A stretch of 63,649 nucleotides of DNA from Gemmatimonadota bacterium (GTDB taxonomy: Bacteria; Gemmatimonadota; Gemmatimonadetes; Palauibacterales; KS3-K002): NCBI GenBank assembly GCA_039586795.1, contig JBDHJS010000018.1, positions 1-63,649 of the forward strand, in the 5' to 3' direction. Of this stretch, positions 9,784-18,947 are shown one piece after another. Made by a program: the position numbers and the translations under genes. The notes beneath the pieces were generated by a model, which worked only from the letters and a program-made list of their open reading frames with translations, was not told where the DNA came from and ran no database searches. Numbering within the stretch: position 1 is the first letter of the stretch; every line of letters begins with the position of its first letter.

Positions 9784-11061
9784 TCATGTCGCAGGCGCGC
9801 CTATCGTCTTGTTCAGCGGATTCACGCCGGTGTCGATCTCTGTCCTGCGTTCATACGGCCAGGCGGGCAGCGACCGATTCCCGGCCCGCGCGAAGACGAG
9901 CTGAAGATCGTAGATATAGCGCTCGGCAAAGCCACCTTCGCAGTAGGCCAGGTAGTATTCCCAGCGGCGGATGAAAGCATCGTCAAAGCCGAGCGCTCTC
10001 ACTTCAGCCACCCGCTCGAGGAATTGCAGTCGCCATCGCCGCAACGTCTCGGCATAATGGATGCCGATATTCTCCAGCCCCTCGATCGAGAGCTGGGTAT
10101 GATCCGCGACCGCATTGGTCATCGCCTGTAGCGAGGGCAGCAGCGAGCCCGGGAAGATGTACTTGTTTATGTAGTCCGGACGCCGACGATAAGAGCCGTA
10201 TCTCTGATCGGGAATCGTGATTACCTGGACTACAGCCAGGCCATCATCGTCAAGCAGTTCGTCAACCTTGGCGAAGAACGCCGGTAGGTACGCATGACCC
10301 ACCGCCTCGAGCATCTCGATGGAAACGATCTTGTCGAAGCGGCCCGTCATTTGACGATAGTCGATCAGCTCGATGCTTACGCTGTCCTCGAGGCCGGCGC
10401 GCTTCATACGCTGCCGGGCATAGCGTGCCTGCTCCTCCGAGATCGTGATACCAATCACTCGGCACCCGTATTCCCGAGCCGCGAACTCGGCAAAGCCTCC
10501 CCACCCGCAACCGATCTCCAGGACACGATCATCGCGCTCGAGGCGCGCTTTCTCGGCGATCTTCCGGTACTTGTTCCGTTGAGCTTGCTCTAGCGTGTCC
10601 GCTTCACTCGCAAAGTACCCGCACGAATAGGTCATCGAAGGATCGAGGAAGAGGGCAAAGAAGTCGTTGCTCAGATCGTAGTGTTCCCGAATGTTGCGAC
10701 GGGAACCGCCGATCGTGTTCCTGCGTAGCCGATGCCGTATGAGATCGAGCAGTCCGCCCAGCCAGGCGACGGGAGACGAGCTGTCGAGGACTCTGGCATT
10801 CACGATTCCCAAACGAATCAGTCCAACGAGATCATCCGCCTCCCACTCGCCGCGAATGTAGGACTCACCGACCCCGGTGCCGCCCTCCAACAGCATCCGT
10901 CGGAAGAACGCCCAGTCGCGCACCCGAACCTTAACTTCCGGTCCCGAACCGGTGGCACCTTCGTAGACGCCCGTCTTGCCGTCCGGGGTCGTCACCTCGA
11001 GCCGGCCACGATCGAGACGACCGAGAGCACCTAGGATCAAACGCGCTGCGGTGCTAGCCAT
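9784..11061 (-). CDS. cfa: Cyclopropane-fatty-acyl-phospholipid synthase family methyltransferase (UfaM/CfaS-like)
   Basis: [61 protein letters not shown]. Confidence 0.93.
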   Translation of the reverse strand: MASTAARLILGALGRLDRGRLEVTTPDGKTGVYEGATGSGPEVKVRVRDWAFFRRMLLEGGTGVGESYIRGEWEADDLVGLIRLGIVNARVLDSSSPVAWLGGLLDLIRHRLRRNTIGGSRRNIREHYDLSNDFFALFLDPSMTYSCGYFASEADTLEQAQRNKYRKIAEKARLERDDRVLEIGCGWGGFAEFAAREYGCRVIGITISEEQARYARQRMKRAGLEDSVSIELIDYRQMTGRFDKIVSIEMLEAVGHAYLPAFFAKVDELLDDDGLAVVQVITIPDQRYGSYRRRPDYINKYIFPGSLLPSLQAMTNAVADHTQLSIEGLENIGIHYAETLRRWRLQFLERVAEVRALGFDDAFIRRWEYYLAYCEGGFAERYIYDLQLVFARAGNRSLPAWPYERRTEIDTGVNPLNKTIGAPAT

Positions 11062-11839
11062 TGGTCCTCCACGCCTGTGGCGGCAACTCCGGCTTCGGAT
11101 AGAAGGGCGCCCGCTTGAACCAGAGTTTGAGCGCCTGCCAATGTATCAGGAACATCGTTCGCGCCGTCATGTGCGGGTAGCGAAACAGCGACCACACCAG
11201 GTTGCGGCCGCTGAAGCGCTTCTGCTTCATATTCAACGTCGCATCGAAGAACTTGGCACCGTCCCTGAACGCGTCGATTTGAACGGTCAGCGATTCTCCC
11301 GGCGGAGTCATCACCCAGTCGTAGTGAATGTTCTCCATTCCGATGAACGGCGACACATGAAACACCTTCTGCCGTCGCGCGATCAACGCCCGACCGCGCA
11401 GCGGCTTGAGGTCGTCCAGCAGATAACAGTAGGTCTCACCGAACGTGTTGTTCACCTCGGCGACGATGAAACGTAGTTCTCCCGCTTCGCTGAAGCAGTA
11501 GTAGTAGCTCACCGGATTGAATACATAGCCCAGCACCCGAAGGTTGGTGAGCAGTTGCACCGGCCCGTCGCCCAGGTCGACGCCCCGTTCCGCCAGCCAC
11601 ACCGCGAGCTTGGCTCGAACCGGCTCCGGGCTCGCCCCCATGTGGTCGCGGTCGTGAAAACTGGTGATGTTGGCTCGATTGTAGCCGAAGATCGCTACCC
11701 GCTCGGCGAGCAACGGCAACTCGTCGAGATCGAGCAGGACCTGGTAGACCCCGTACGTAAACGCGTTCTTGACCGGCTCCGATCTGCGGTGCCGGATCGT
11801 GCCGGCGAAGATCGCTGAGTTCAATTGTTCCTTGCTCAT
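11054..11839 (-). CDS. DUF1365 protein (UfaO-like)
   Basis: HRR, GYVFNPVSYYYC, AEVNNTFGE, KVFHVSPF, IHWQALKLW. ATG 11839 overlaps the upstream TGA (ATGA). Confidence 0.92.
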   Translation of the reverse strand: MSKEQLNSAIFAGTIRHRRSEPVKNAFTYGVYQVLLDLDELPLLAERVAIFGYNRANITSFHDRDHMGASPEPVRAKLAVWLAERGVDLGDGPVQLLTNLRVLGYVFNPVSYYYCFSEAGELRFIVAEVNNTFGETYCYLLDDLKPLRGRALIARRQKVFHVSPFIGMENIHYDWVMTPPGESLTVQIDAFRDGAKFFDATLNMKQKRFSGRNLVWSLFRYPHMTARTMFLIHWQALKLWFKRAPFYPKPELPPQAWRTNG

Positions 11840-13098
11840 GGCATACTGATCCCGAACATATCCGCCACCTGCACAGCCGACCGTAAGCCGTCCTCGTGAA
11901 AACCGTAGCCGAAATGGGCGCCGCAGAAGTACGTGCCCCGGGGACCGTTCAGCCCGGGCAGTTCGCTCTGGGTCTGCACGGCAACTTCGGTGAAGACCGG
12001 ATGCATGTAGCTCATGCGCTTGATCACGCAATCGGCGGCCGGCGGCCGGGCCGGGTTGAGCGTAACAATGAAGTCCTCTTTTGTCTCCAACTGCTGCAGT
12101 CGGTTCAGATAGTAACTCACCGAAACCGAGTCGCTTGATTTCTGACAATCCGACTGCATGTAGCTCCAAGATGCCCAGGCGGCAGGGCGCCGCGGCAAAT
12201 GACTGGTGTCCGTGTGCAACCAGGTGTCGTTCCGGGAGTAGCTCCAGCGGGATAGCAGTTCGTGCTCCTCACGAGACGGGTCGCAGAGCATGGCCAGCGC
12301 CTGATCCGCGTGCGCCGCGATCACCACTCGATCGAACAGGTGCGAACTACCGTCATGCAAGAAAAGGCGCGGCCCATCGTTTGTCCGGGCAATCCCCTTC
12401 ACCGGCGTGTTCAGGTGAACGCGTTCTTCGAAGTCACGCGTCACGGCTCTCACGTAATTCTGGCTACCGCCAGACACCGTGCGCCACTTGAGACGATCCT
12501 TGACCTGCAGCAAACCGTGTGTCTCGAAGAACCGGAGCAGGCTCTGCATCGGGAACTCCTCGATCGCCCCCGTGCCCGATGACCAGAGGGCAGATGCCAT
12601 CGGTACGAGGTAGTGGGCGCTGAAGTCCCGTCCGTATTCGCCGGCTGAGAGAAACTCGCCCAACGTCTGGTTACGGGCGGTTCCCTCCTCCAGCGCCCGC
12701 CGCCCGGCCCGATTGAAGCGCTCAATGTCGGCCAGCATCCGATAATGGGATGGCCGCAGCAGATTGCGCCGCTGTGCAAAGAGGCCGCGGATGCTATGCC
12801 CGCTATACTCGACGTCGCAGCGCTCGCAGCTTATCCCGAACGACATGTCGGTCTCCTGCGACTCGACCCCGAGCCGCTCGAAGAGACGCGTCAGGTTCGG
12901 GTAGTTGTCCTGGTTGAAAACCAGGAACCCGGTGTCCAACCCCAGGCGACGACCGTCCGACTCGACGTCGACAGTGTGGGCGTGGCCTCCCAGTCGGTCA
13001 CGGGCCTCGAACAGGTGGACGTCATGTTTCCGATTCAGCAGCCACGCTGCCCCGAGTCCCGATACTCCGCTTCCTATAACTGCTACGCGCATTTGCAC
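11836..13098 (-). CDS. FAD-dependent oxidoreductase (amine oxidase-like; UfaD-like fatty acid desaturase)
   Basis: VAVIGSGVSG, RLGGHAHT, DTGFLVFN...YPNL, AWASW, YMHP, GYGFHEDG. Confidence 0.92.
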   Translation of the reverse strand: MQMRVAVIGSGVSGLGAAWLLNRKHDVHLFEARDRLGGHAHTVDVESDGRRLGLDTGFLVFNQDNYPNLTRLFERLGVESQETDMSFGISCERCDVEYSGHSIRGLFAQRRNLLRPSHYRMLADIERFNRAGRRALEEGTARNQTLGEFLSAGEYGRDFSAHYLVPMASALWSSGTGAIEEFPMQSLLRFFETHGLLQVKDRLKWRTVSGGSQNYVRAVTRDFEERVHLNTPVKGIARTNDGPRLFLHDGSSHLFDRVVIAAHADQALAMLCDPSREEHELLSRWSYSRNDTWLHTDTSHLPRRPAAWASWSYMQSDCQKSSDSVSVSYYLNRLQQLETKEDFIVTLNPARPPAADCVIKRMSYMHPVFTEVAVQTQSELPGLNGPRGTYFCGAHFGYGFHEDGLRSAVQVADMFGISMP

Positions 13099-13155
13099 TT
13101 ACCGTGATCGTGCAGGTTCCGTGTGCCCCGGCAAGGCCTGGGGGTCGACCGCTGC

Positions 13156-13240
13156 TGTCGAACTAGTGTCAAAGAATATGCGGCCCTATCCAACTTTTGT
13201 CAAGCTATTTGCTCGCCAAAAGATAGACAAACCATGGACA
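13156..13240. promoter_or_regulatory. Divergent promoter with CarH/LitR-type operator (11-bp-spaced TNGACA pairs)
   Basis: Minus-strand motifs (plus reads TGTCGA/TGTCAA) at 13156/13167 and (TATCCA/TGTCAA) at 13187/13198; plus-strand TAGACA/TGGACA at 13224/13235. Confidence 0.75.
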
Positions 13241-13327
13241 GTGGGGGTCCTGCGACCCTCTTGCCGATCGCCGGTTTTTTTCGAGTATTAGCCAGATCTC
13301 TGAGCTGATGGAGGAAAGATCCCTAAA

Positions 13328-14296
13328 ATGACCGACGCTGCAAGACCGATTGTCGTCGTCAGCCGTTGCCTGGACTTCGAGCCGGTGCGCTACAACGGCC
13401 AGGTGATACCCTACGAATTCGTGCGTGAGCTGGAGCCGTTTGTGACCTACGTGCTGATCTGCCCGGAGCTCGAGATCGGTCTGGGAGTTCCCCGGGACCC
13501 GATTAGGATCGTGGCGATCGACGGCGAAGCGCGACTCATCCAACCGGATACCGGTGGCGACCTCACCGGCGAGATGGAGAGATTCTCGGGCCGCTTCCTG
13601 GGCTCGCTGGGCGAAGTCGACGGGTTCATCCTCAAGAACCGTTCACCCTCCTGCGGGATCAGCGACGTCAAGATCTATCAGGGCCTTGAGCCGTCGGCGT
13701 CGTCGGAGCGCGGGCCGGGCTTCTTCGGCGGCGCGGTGCTGGAGCGCTTCCCGGGGATGGCGATCGAAGACGAGGGTCGGCTACGCAACTACGCGATACG
13801 CGAGCACTTCCTGTCCCGACTGTTCGCCCTGGCCCGGCTGCGCGGAGTGAAGAAGACCGGGGCGATGCGAGAGCTGGTGCGCTTCCAGGCGGAGAACAAG
13901 CTGTTGCTGATGGCTTACAACCAGAAGGAGCTGCGCGAACTGGGACGGATCGTGGCGAACCCCGGCAAGTCCCCGTTCGCGGAGGTCGTCGAAAACTATG
14001 AGAGTCATTTCCAGGCGGCGCTGTCACGTGCACCGCGCTATACGTCAGTGATCAACGTTTTCGAGCATGCGGCAGGCTACTTTTCAAAGGAGCTCAACCG
14101 CAACGAGAAGGCCTATTACAGGAGGGCGTTGGAGAGGTACCGAAAACGGCAAGTCCCGGTAAGCGCGGTCACCTCGATTCTGCGTGCCTGGATCGTTCGC
14201 TTCGACGAACCCTACCTAATGCCGCAGACCTTCTTCACTCCCTACCCCGAAGAACTGATGAGCGTCAGCGACTCAGGCAAAGGTCGTCAGGCCTGA
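13328..14296 (+). CDS. ybgA: DUF523-DUF1722 fusion (YbgA/RudS-like [4Fe-4S] thiouridine desulfidase)
   Basis: SRCL...VRYNG, ICPE.EIGLGVPR, ILKNRSPSCG, EDEGRL, NVFEHAAGYF, QTFFTPYP. Confidence 0.9.
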   Translation: MTDAARPIVVVSRCLDFEPVRYNGQVIPYEFVRELEPFVTYVLICPELEIGLGVPRDPIRIVAIDGEARLIQPDTGGDLTGEMERFSGRFLGSLGEVDGFILKNRSPSCGISDVKIYQGLEPSASSERGPGFFGGAVLERFPGMAIEDEGRLRNYAIREHFLSRLFALARLRGVKKTGAMRELVRFQAENKLLLMAYNQKELRELGRIVANPGKSPFAEVVENYESHFQAALSRAPRYTSVINVFEHAAGYFSKELNRNEKAYYRRALERYRKRQVPVSAVTSILRAWIVRFDEPYLMPQTFFTPYPEELMSVSDSGKGRQA

Positions 14297-14312
14297 CCCC
14301 TCAGCTAGCGCG

Positions 14313-15245
14313 CTACGACATATCGTTCAGGGTCGACCGTAGCTCATCGAGACTCTCGACGCGCTGGGCGCCAATTCTGTCCAGGACCTTCGCATAGCTG
14401 TCGGTGCTGGCGCCGCCCACCAGTATCGGAACATCGTCGGACAGCTCCTTACGCAACTCGAGGAGCGACTCGACCAACTCATCCGCATCGAACCCCGGGC
14501 TGACGATGCTCAGCGCTACCGCTTCGGCGCCCGTCGAGTTGGCGGTCGCCGCGATGTCCGCGCCGGGAAGATCTCGACCCAGATATGTCACGCGCCAACC
14601 CTCCGACGCCGCTGTCGCCGCGGCGAATAACGCGCCAAACTCGTGTAACTGACCCGCCGGTGTAGCGACGACCAGGTTCGGGGCCTCTCCGGAAGGCTCC
14701 GCCGCCGCTATCACATCGCCAAGAACTCGAACGACGATCGCCGACGCCAGATGCTCGTTCGCCGGGCTCAGCATGCCGTGGCTCCACCGCTCACCAATCT
14801 GCCCGAGTAGCGGCGCCAACACACCTTCGATGAGCACCGGGCCACTCAGCGTGATCAGGGCGCGATTGAGTGTCGCTTCCAACTCCCGCGGGTTGAGTCG
14901 CTCGACGGCCGCGAGGCAAGCTTTGAGAAAGATCCCCGCTGACAGGTCAGTTTCCGCTCCCGTCGCTGCCGTCGCCTCCTCGCTTTCATCCTCCTCGACC
15001 ATCGCCGCGAGCTCGTCGATGTTCAGCTTCGATATTCGACTGATTCGGCGACCGGCGTCGCTGGCCCTCTTCAGCAGACGCAACCGCTCGACATCTTCAT
15101 CAGAGTACAGCCGCCGACCCCCTTCCGTCCGCTCCGGCTCAACGACGCCGTAGCGCTTCTCCCAGGCCCGCAGGAGATCCAACGACAGACCCGTCCGGCG
15201 CGCGACGACTTGTATGGGATGACGTTTTTCGTCCGCTGGACTCAT
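14313..15245 (-). CDS. carH: MerR-family regulator with B12-binding domain (CarH/LitR-like), paralog 2
   Basis: MerR HTH (LRAWEKRYG...GGRRLYS), canonical W-x9-EH (WSHGMLSPANEH), QLHEFG...YLG...ALSIV...VGG. ATG 15245 after GGAGG. Confidence 0.9.
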   Translation of the reverse strand: MSPADEKRHPIQVVARRTGLSLDLLRAWEKRYGVVEPERTEGGRRLYSDEDVERLRLLKRASDAGRRISRISKLNIDELAAMVEEDESEEATAATGAETDLSAGIFLKACLAAVERLNPRELEATLNRALITLSGPVLIEGVLAPLLGQIGERWSHGMLSPANEHLASAIVVRVLGDVIAAAEPSGEAPNLVVATPAGQLHEFGALFAAATAASEGWRVTYLGRDLPGADIAATANSTGAEAVALSIVSPGFDADELVESLLELRKELSDDVPILVGGASTDSYAKVLDRIGAQRVESLDELRSTLNDMS

Positions 15246-15289
15246 CTCACCCTCCGCGTGAAGCCACAAACCGCCCGTCAATCCAGCAA

Positions 15290-15346
15290 AGAGTAACGCG
15301 GCCGGCGAGATGCTGTCAAGCACGTGTCATAGACAAAGAGTAGACG
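15290..15346. promoter_or_regulatory. Divergent promoter with CarH/LitR-type operator
   Basis: Plus reads TGTCAA 15314 / TGTCAT 15325 (minus pair) and TAGACA 15330 / TAGACG 15341 (plus pair), each 11 bp apart. Minus promoter TTGACA-N18-TACTCT. Confidence 0.68.
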
Positions 15347-15426
15347 CCCAGCCCCGTTACGCCGTGTCTTTGACCGACGTGCTATATTGCTTCTCTCTTC
15401 TGAAACACTCGTTGCTCTGGGGTGTG

Positions 15427-16245
15427 ATGCTAGCGCTAGGAATCGGGCTGGGCCTACTGATCGGTCTCGCCCTCGGCCTGTTGGGCGGGGGCGGCTCCAT
15501 CCTGACAGTTCCGATCTTCGTCTACGTGTTGGGCTACGATGCCAAGCAGTCAATCGCGATGAGCCTGGCGGTCGTCGGCGTGACAGCGCTGTTCGGTGCG
15601 GTTGGCCACTGGCGGATCGGGAACGTTCACACCCGTGTTGCCCTGGTATTTGGGGCGGTGGCGATGGCCGGCACCTATCTGGGGGCGCGGCTTTCGGTCT
15701 TTTTCAGCGGAGCGGTGCAGCTCGTGCTGTTTGCCCTGGTGATGATCGTCGCTGCCTACTTCATGTTGCGGGGCAGCGTTCCCGGGGTGCGCGCGGTGCC
15801 TAAAGACCTTCAGCCCGAGAAGAGGCGGAGCGTTCCAATCCTACTGATCGCGGTGGAGGGGATAGCGGTTGGCGTGCTGACCGGTCTGGTCGGCGTGGGA
15901 GGCGGATTCCTGATCGTGCCCGTTTTGGTGCTGTTAGCACGCATACCCATGAAACAGGCGGTGGGAACCTCCCTGGCGATCATCGCGATGAAGTCAATGA
16001 CGGGATTCGCGGGCTATCTCGGCCAGGTCGAGATCGCCTGGGGATTCATGGTCACGTTTACGGCCGTAGCGATCGTCGGGATCATGCTGGGTACAGTCCT
16101 GGTCCGGTTCGTACCGCACAAAACGTTGCGGAAGGGTTTTGCCATCTTCCTGTTGCTAATGGGTGCCGCGATTCTCTACCAGAACCGGGGCGTATTCATA
16201 CCGGAAGCGGAGGCGAAGGATGTTGTTGAAGCGTTTCTACGATGA
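15427..16245 (+). CDS. TauE/SafE family sulfite exporter
   Basis: LGLLGGGGSILTVP and TGLVGVGGGFLIVP repeats, AVGTSL; about 8 TM segments. Confidence 0.92.
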   Translation: MLALGIGLGLLIGLALGLLGGGGSILTVPIFVYVLGYDAKQSIAMSLAVVGVTALFGAVGHWRIGNVHTRVALVFGAVAMAGTYLGARLSVFFSGAVQLVLFALVMIVAAYFMLRGSVPGVRAVPKDLQPEKRRSVPILLIAVEGIAVGVLTGLVGVGGGFLIVPVLVLLARIPMKQAVGTSLAIIAMKSMTGFAGYLGQVEIAWGFMVTFTAVAIVGIMLGTVLVRFVPHKTLRKGFAIFLLLMGAAILYQNRGVFIPEAEAKDVVEAFLR

Positions 16246-17650
16246 CAAGCTCGCGCAGGCGAGCTACCTGGTGGGTTGCGCGGCAACCGGGGAGGCCCTT
16301 GTTGTCGACCCCAACCGAGACGTCGAGCCCTACGTCAAGGCGGCCGAAGAGGAAGGACTGCGCATCACGCACGTTACGGAGACGCACATCCACGCGGACT
16401 TCGTGTCTGGCTCCCGGGAGCTGGCCCGCTGTACCGGTGCGAAGATGTACCTGTCCGACGAGGGCGACGAGGATTGGAAGTACTTGTTCGCAGGCGAGGA
16501 TGGCGCCGTACTGCTGAAGGACGGGGACTCGTTCATGGTCGGGAACGTTCGCATCGAGGCGCTCCACACGCCGGGACACACACCCGAACACATTTGCTTT
16601 GTCGTCACGGACACCGCCAGCGCCAACGAGCCGATGGGCGTCTTCACGGGTGACTTCGTGTTCGTGGGGGACGTCGGACGACCCGATTTGCTCGAACGTG
16701 CCGCTCAGTACGAAGGAACGATGGAAATCGCCGCCAACAAGCTCTACGAGTCGATTCAGAACTTCCGCGGGCTTCCGGATTATCTGCAGCTCTGGCCCGG
16801 CCACGGCGCTGGCTCGGCCTGCGGAAAATCACTGGGCGCCGTACCTCAATCCACGGTCGGCTACGAGCGCATGTTCAACTGGGCATTCGGCTACACCGAG
16901 CAGCCCCCGTTCGTCGGTGCCGTGCTGGAGGGGCAGCCGGAGCCGCCGAAGTACTTTGCGGTGATGAAGCGAATCAACAAAGAGGGGCCGCCGATTCTGG
17001 GAGGTTATCGCAGGCCGCAGCGGCTGCCCGAGATGAGGCTGGCCGGTTTGCTCGAGGAGGGGGCAATCATCGTCGATACCCGCCAGACCGGCGATTTCGC
17101 CGAGGGCCACATTCCGGGAACGATAAACATCCCCTTCGACCGCTCCTTCACGACCTGGGCCGGCTGGCTCCTCCCGTACGATCGCGAGTTCTACCTGATC
17201 ATCGACGATCACGCCCAGCTGCAGGGCATTGACGAGGCGGTGCGCGATCTTTCCCTCATCGGACTCGACAATGTCGGTGGTTACTTTGGAAGCGCTGTGA
17301 TCAAGACCTGGGCCGAGGAAAGACGCAAGCTAGAAACATCCAAAGAGGTGACCGTGGGCGAATTGACCCGCAAGATGGCCGACGGCGGTGTTACGGTGAT
17401 CGACGTTCGCGGTCAGGTAGAGTGGGAGTCCGGCCATATGCCGGGCGTCGCCTGCATACCGCTGGGCTACCTCTCGGAGCGGTCCGCCGAGATACCCACA
17501 GACGGGACCGTCGTGCTGCACTGCCAGGAAGGCTGGCGTTCGGGGATCGGATCCAGCTTGCTCCGCGCCCTTGGCATGAAGAACGTCGTGAGCCTGAAGG
17601 GTGGCATCCGCGCCTGGATTACGGAGGGTCAGCCCGTAGAGAAGGAGTAG
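16220..17650 (+). CDS. MBL-fold persulfide dioxygenase with tandem rhodanese domains (CstB-like)
   Basis: ETHIHADF, TPGHTPEH, FTGDFVFVGDVGRPDL, PGHGAGSACGK, GHIPG, C-terminal rhodanese HCQEGWRS. ATG 16220 after GGAGG. Confidence 0.92.
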   Translation: MLLKRFYDDKLAQASYLVGCAATGEALVVDPNRDVEPYVKAAEEEGLRITHVTETHIHADFVSGSRELARCTGAKMYLSDEGDEDWKYLFAGEDGAVLLKDGDSFMVGNVRIEALHTPGHTPEHICFVVTDTASANEPMGVFTGDFVFVGDVGRPDLLERAAQYEGTMEIAANKLYESIQNFRGLPDYLQLWPGHGAGSACGKSLGAVPQSTVGYERMFNWAFGYTEQPPFVGAVLEGQPEPPKYFAVMKRINKEGPPILGGYRRPQRLPEMRLAGLLEEGAIIVDTRQTGDFAEGHIPGTINIPFDRSFTTWAGWLLPYDREFYLIIDDHAQLQGIDEAVRDLSLIGLDNVGGYFGSAVIKTWAEERRKLETSKEVTVGELTRKMADGGVTVIDVRGQVEWESGHMPGVACIPLGYLSERSAEIPTDGTVVLHCQEGWRSGIGSSLLRALGMKNVVSLKGGIRAWITEGQPVEKE

Positions 17651-17743
17651 TTGCCGAGCATCCTGACGTCCAGCTAGGTTGGTAAAGGCAGCCAGCGGCA
17701 TGCCGCATCACACCCGCCACACACGAATCACCAGGAGAGACTT

Positions 17744-18676
17744 TTGTTGGCACTGGGACGGCAGTTCTTTCTCTGGGCTTCCGAGAACAAGTGGCTCGAA
17801 AAGCAGCTCACAGAGCGCGCGTTCACCCGGCGCGCCGTCCAGCGTTTCCTACCCGGCGAGTCGCTCGAGGATGCCGTCGGCGCCAGCGAGGTACTCCGCG
17901 AACGAGGGATCAAATCAATCCTCACGCAGCTCGGCGAAAACGTATCCGAGGGTCATGATGCCGACGCTGTCGCAGAGCACTACCTGAGCGTTCTCGATCT
18001 CATCAACGAGCGCCAACTGGATGCCGACGTCTCGCTGAAGCCGACCCAGTTCGGACTCGACATGGGACTCGATGAGGCACAGTCGAGGATCGAACGAATC
18101 GTTCGGCGTGCTGGCTCACTCCGCCGCCTTGTCGCCATCGACATGGAAAGCTCAGCCTACGTCTCGACCACGATCGAACTGTACAAGCGACTGCGCTCCG
18201 AACACTCCAACGTTGCCCTATGCCTCCAGGCATATCTGCACCGCACGGCTTCCGACGTCGTTTCGCTTCTTCCCTTGTCGCCTACCATCAGACTCGTGAA
18301 GGGCGCCTACAAGGAGCCCGGCAACATCGTCTTCACGAAGAAGCGCGATGTCGATGCAAACTTCCTCAGGCTAGCGGGTACGTTGTTGCAGGAAGTCAAA
18401 CAGGGAAACGCCCGCGTCTTCTTCGGGACCCACGACCCGCGCATGATTTCCGGCGTTAGCGAGCGGGCCAAGAAACTGGGACTCAAGAAGAACTCATTCG
18501 AAATCCAGATGCTTTACGGCATTCAGGGCGAAACGCAGGCGCGGCTCGCATCCAAGGGCTACGTGGTGCGCTCGTTGATCAGCTACGGCGAGTCCTGGTA
18601 CCCGTGGTACATGAGGCGGCTGGCGGAGCGCCCGGCGAACGTGTTCTTTCTGGCCAAGAATCTCTTCAAGCGGTAG
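17744..18676 (+). CDS. Monofunctional proline dehydrogenase
   Basis: RFLPGE, SLKPTQ, IDME, LQAYL, RLVKGAY, GTHD, QMLYG, YMRRLAERPAN; AGGAGA RBS. Confidence 0.93.
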   Translation: MLALGRQFFLWASENKWLEKQLTERAFTRRAVQRFLPGESLEDAVGASEVLRERGIKSILTQLGENVSEGHDADAVAEHYLSVLDLINERQLDADVSLKPTQFGLDMGLDEAQSRIERIVRRAGSLRRLVAIDMESSAYVSTTIELYKRLRSEHSNVALCLQAYLHRTASDVVSLLPLSPTIRLVKGAYKEPGNIVFTKKRDVDANFLRLAGTLLQEVKQGNARVFFGTHDPRMISGVSERAKKLGLKKNSFEIQMLYGIQGETQARLASKGYVVRSLISYGESWYPWYMRRLAERPANVFFLAKNLFKR

Positions 18677-18679
18677 CGG

Positions 18680-18728
18680 CGGGTGAGGGGTGAAGGGGTA
18701 AGGAGTAGGGTGTATGGGGTAGAGGGTA
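18680..18728 (+). repeat. G-rich degenerate heptamer tandem repeat (7 units)
   Basis: CGGGTGA GGGGTGA AGGGGTA AGGAGTA GGGTGTA TGGGGTA GAGGGTA, directly after a stop codon. Confidence 0.75.
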
Positions 18729-18863
18729 CGGAAGGCGGCGGTAACGCGTTCCCTTCTTGGTTACCAAACAGTAACATTCAGGCCTTTCTCGGTGGCCCTT
18801 TTTCGAGGGCAAGAATCTCGTAAATCCTTACAAAGGTTATGCTTAGGCCATGTAGTACGGGCG

Positions 18864-18878
18864 TGGTATGGCTCCTGC
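18864..18878 (+). promoter_or_regulatory. Candidate sigma-54 (-24/-12) promoter
   Basis: TGGTATGGCTCCTGC fits GG-N10-GC, preceded by an AT-rich tract (about 18818-18845). Confidence 0.45.
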
Positions 18879-18947
18879 CCTGTGGAGAGGCGGAAGTGCG
18901 AAAGTAGCAGCCTCAATCGGAGCAGTAAGATGAGTAAGGAGCACAGT

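Noticed and set aside
11840..12169. Long N-terminal extension of the DUF1365 ORF
   Set aside because: Lies inside the FAD oxidoreductase gene; an ATGA overlap marks the real start.
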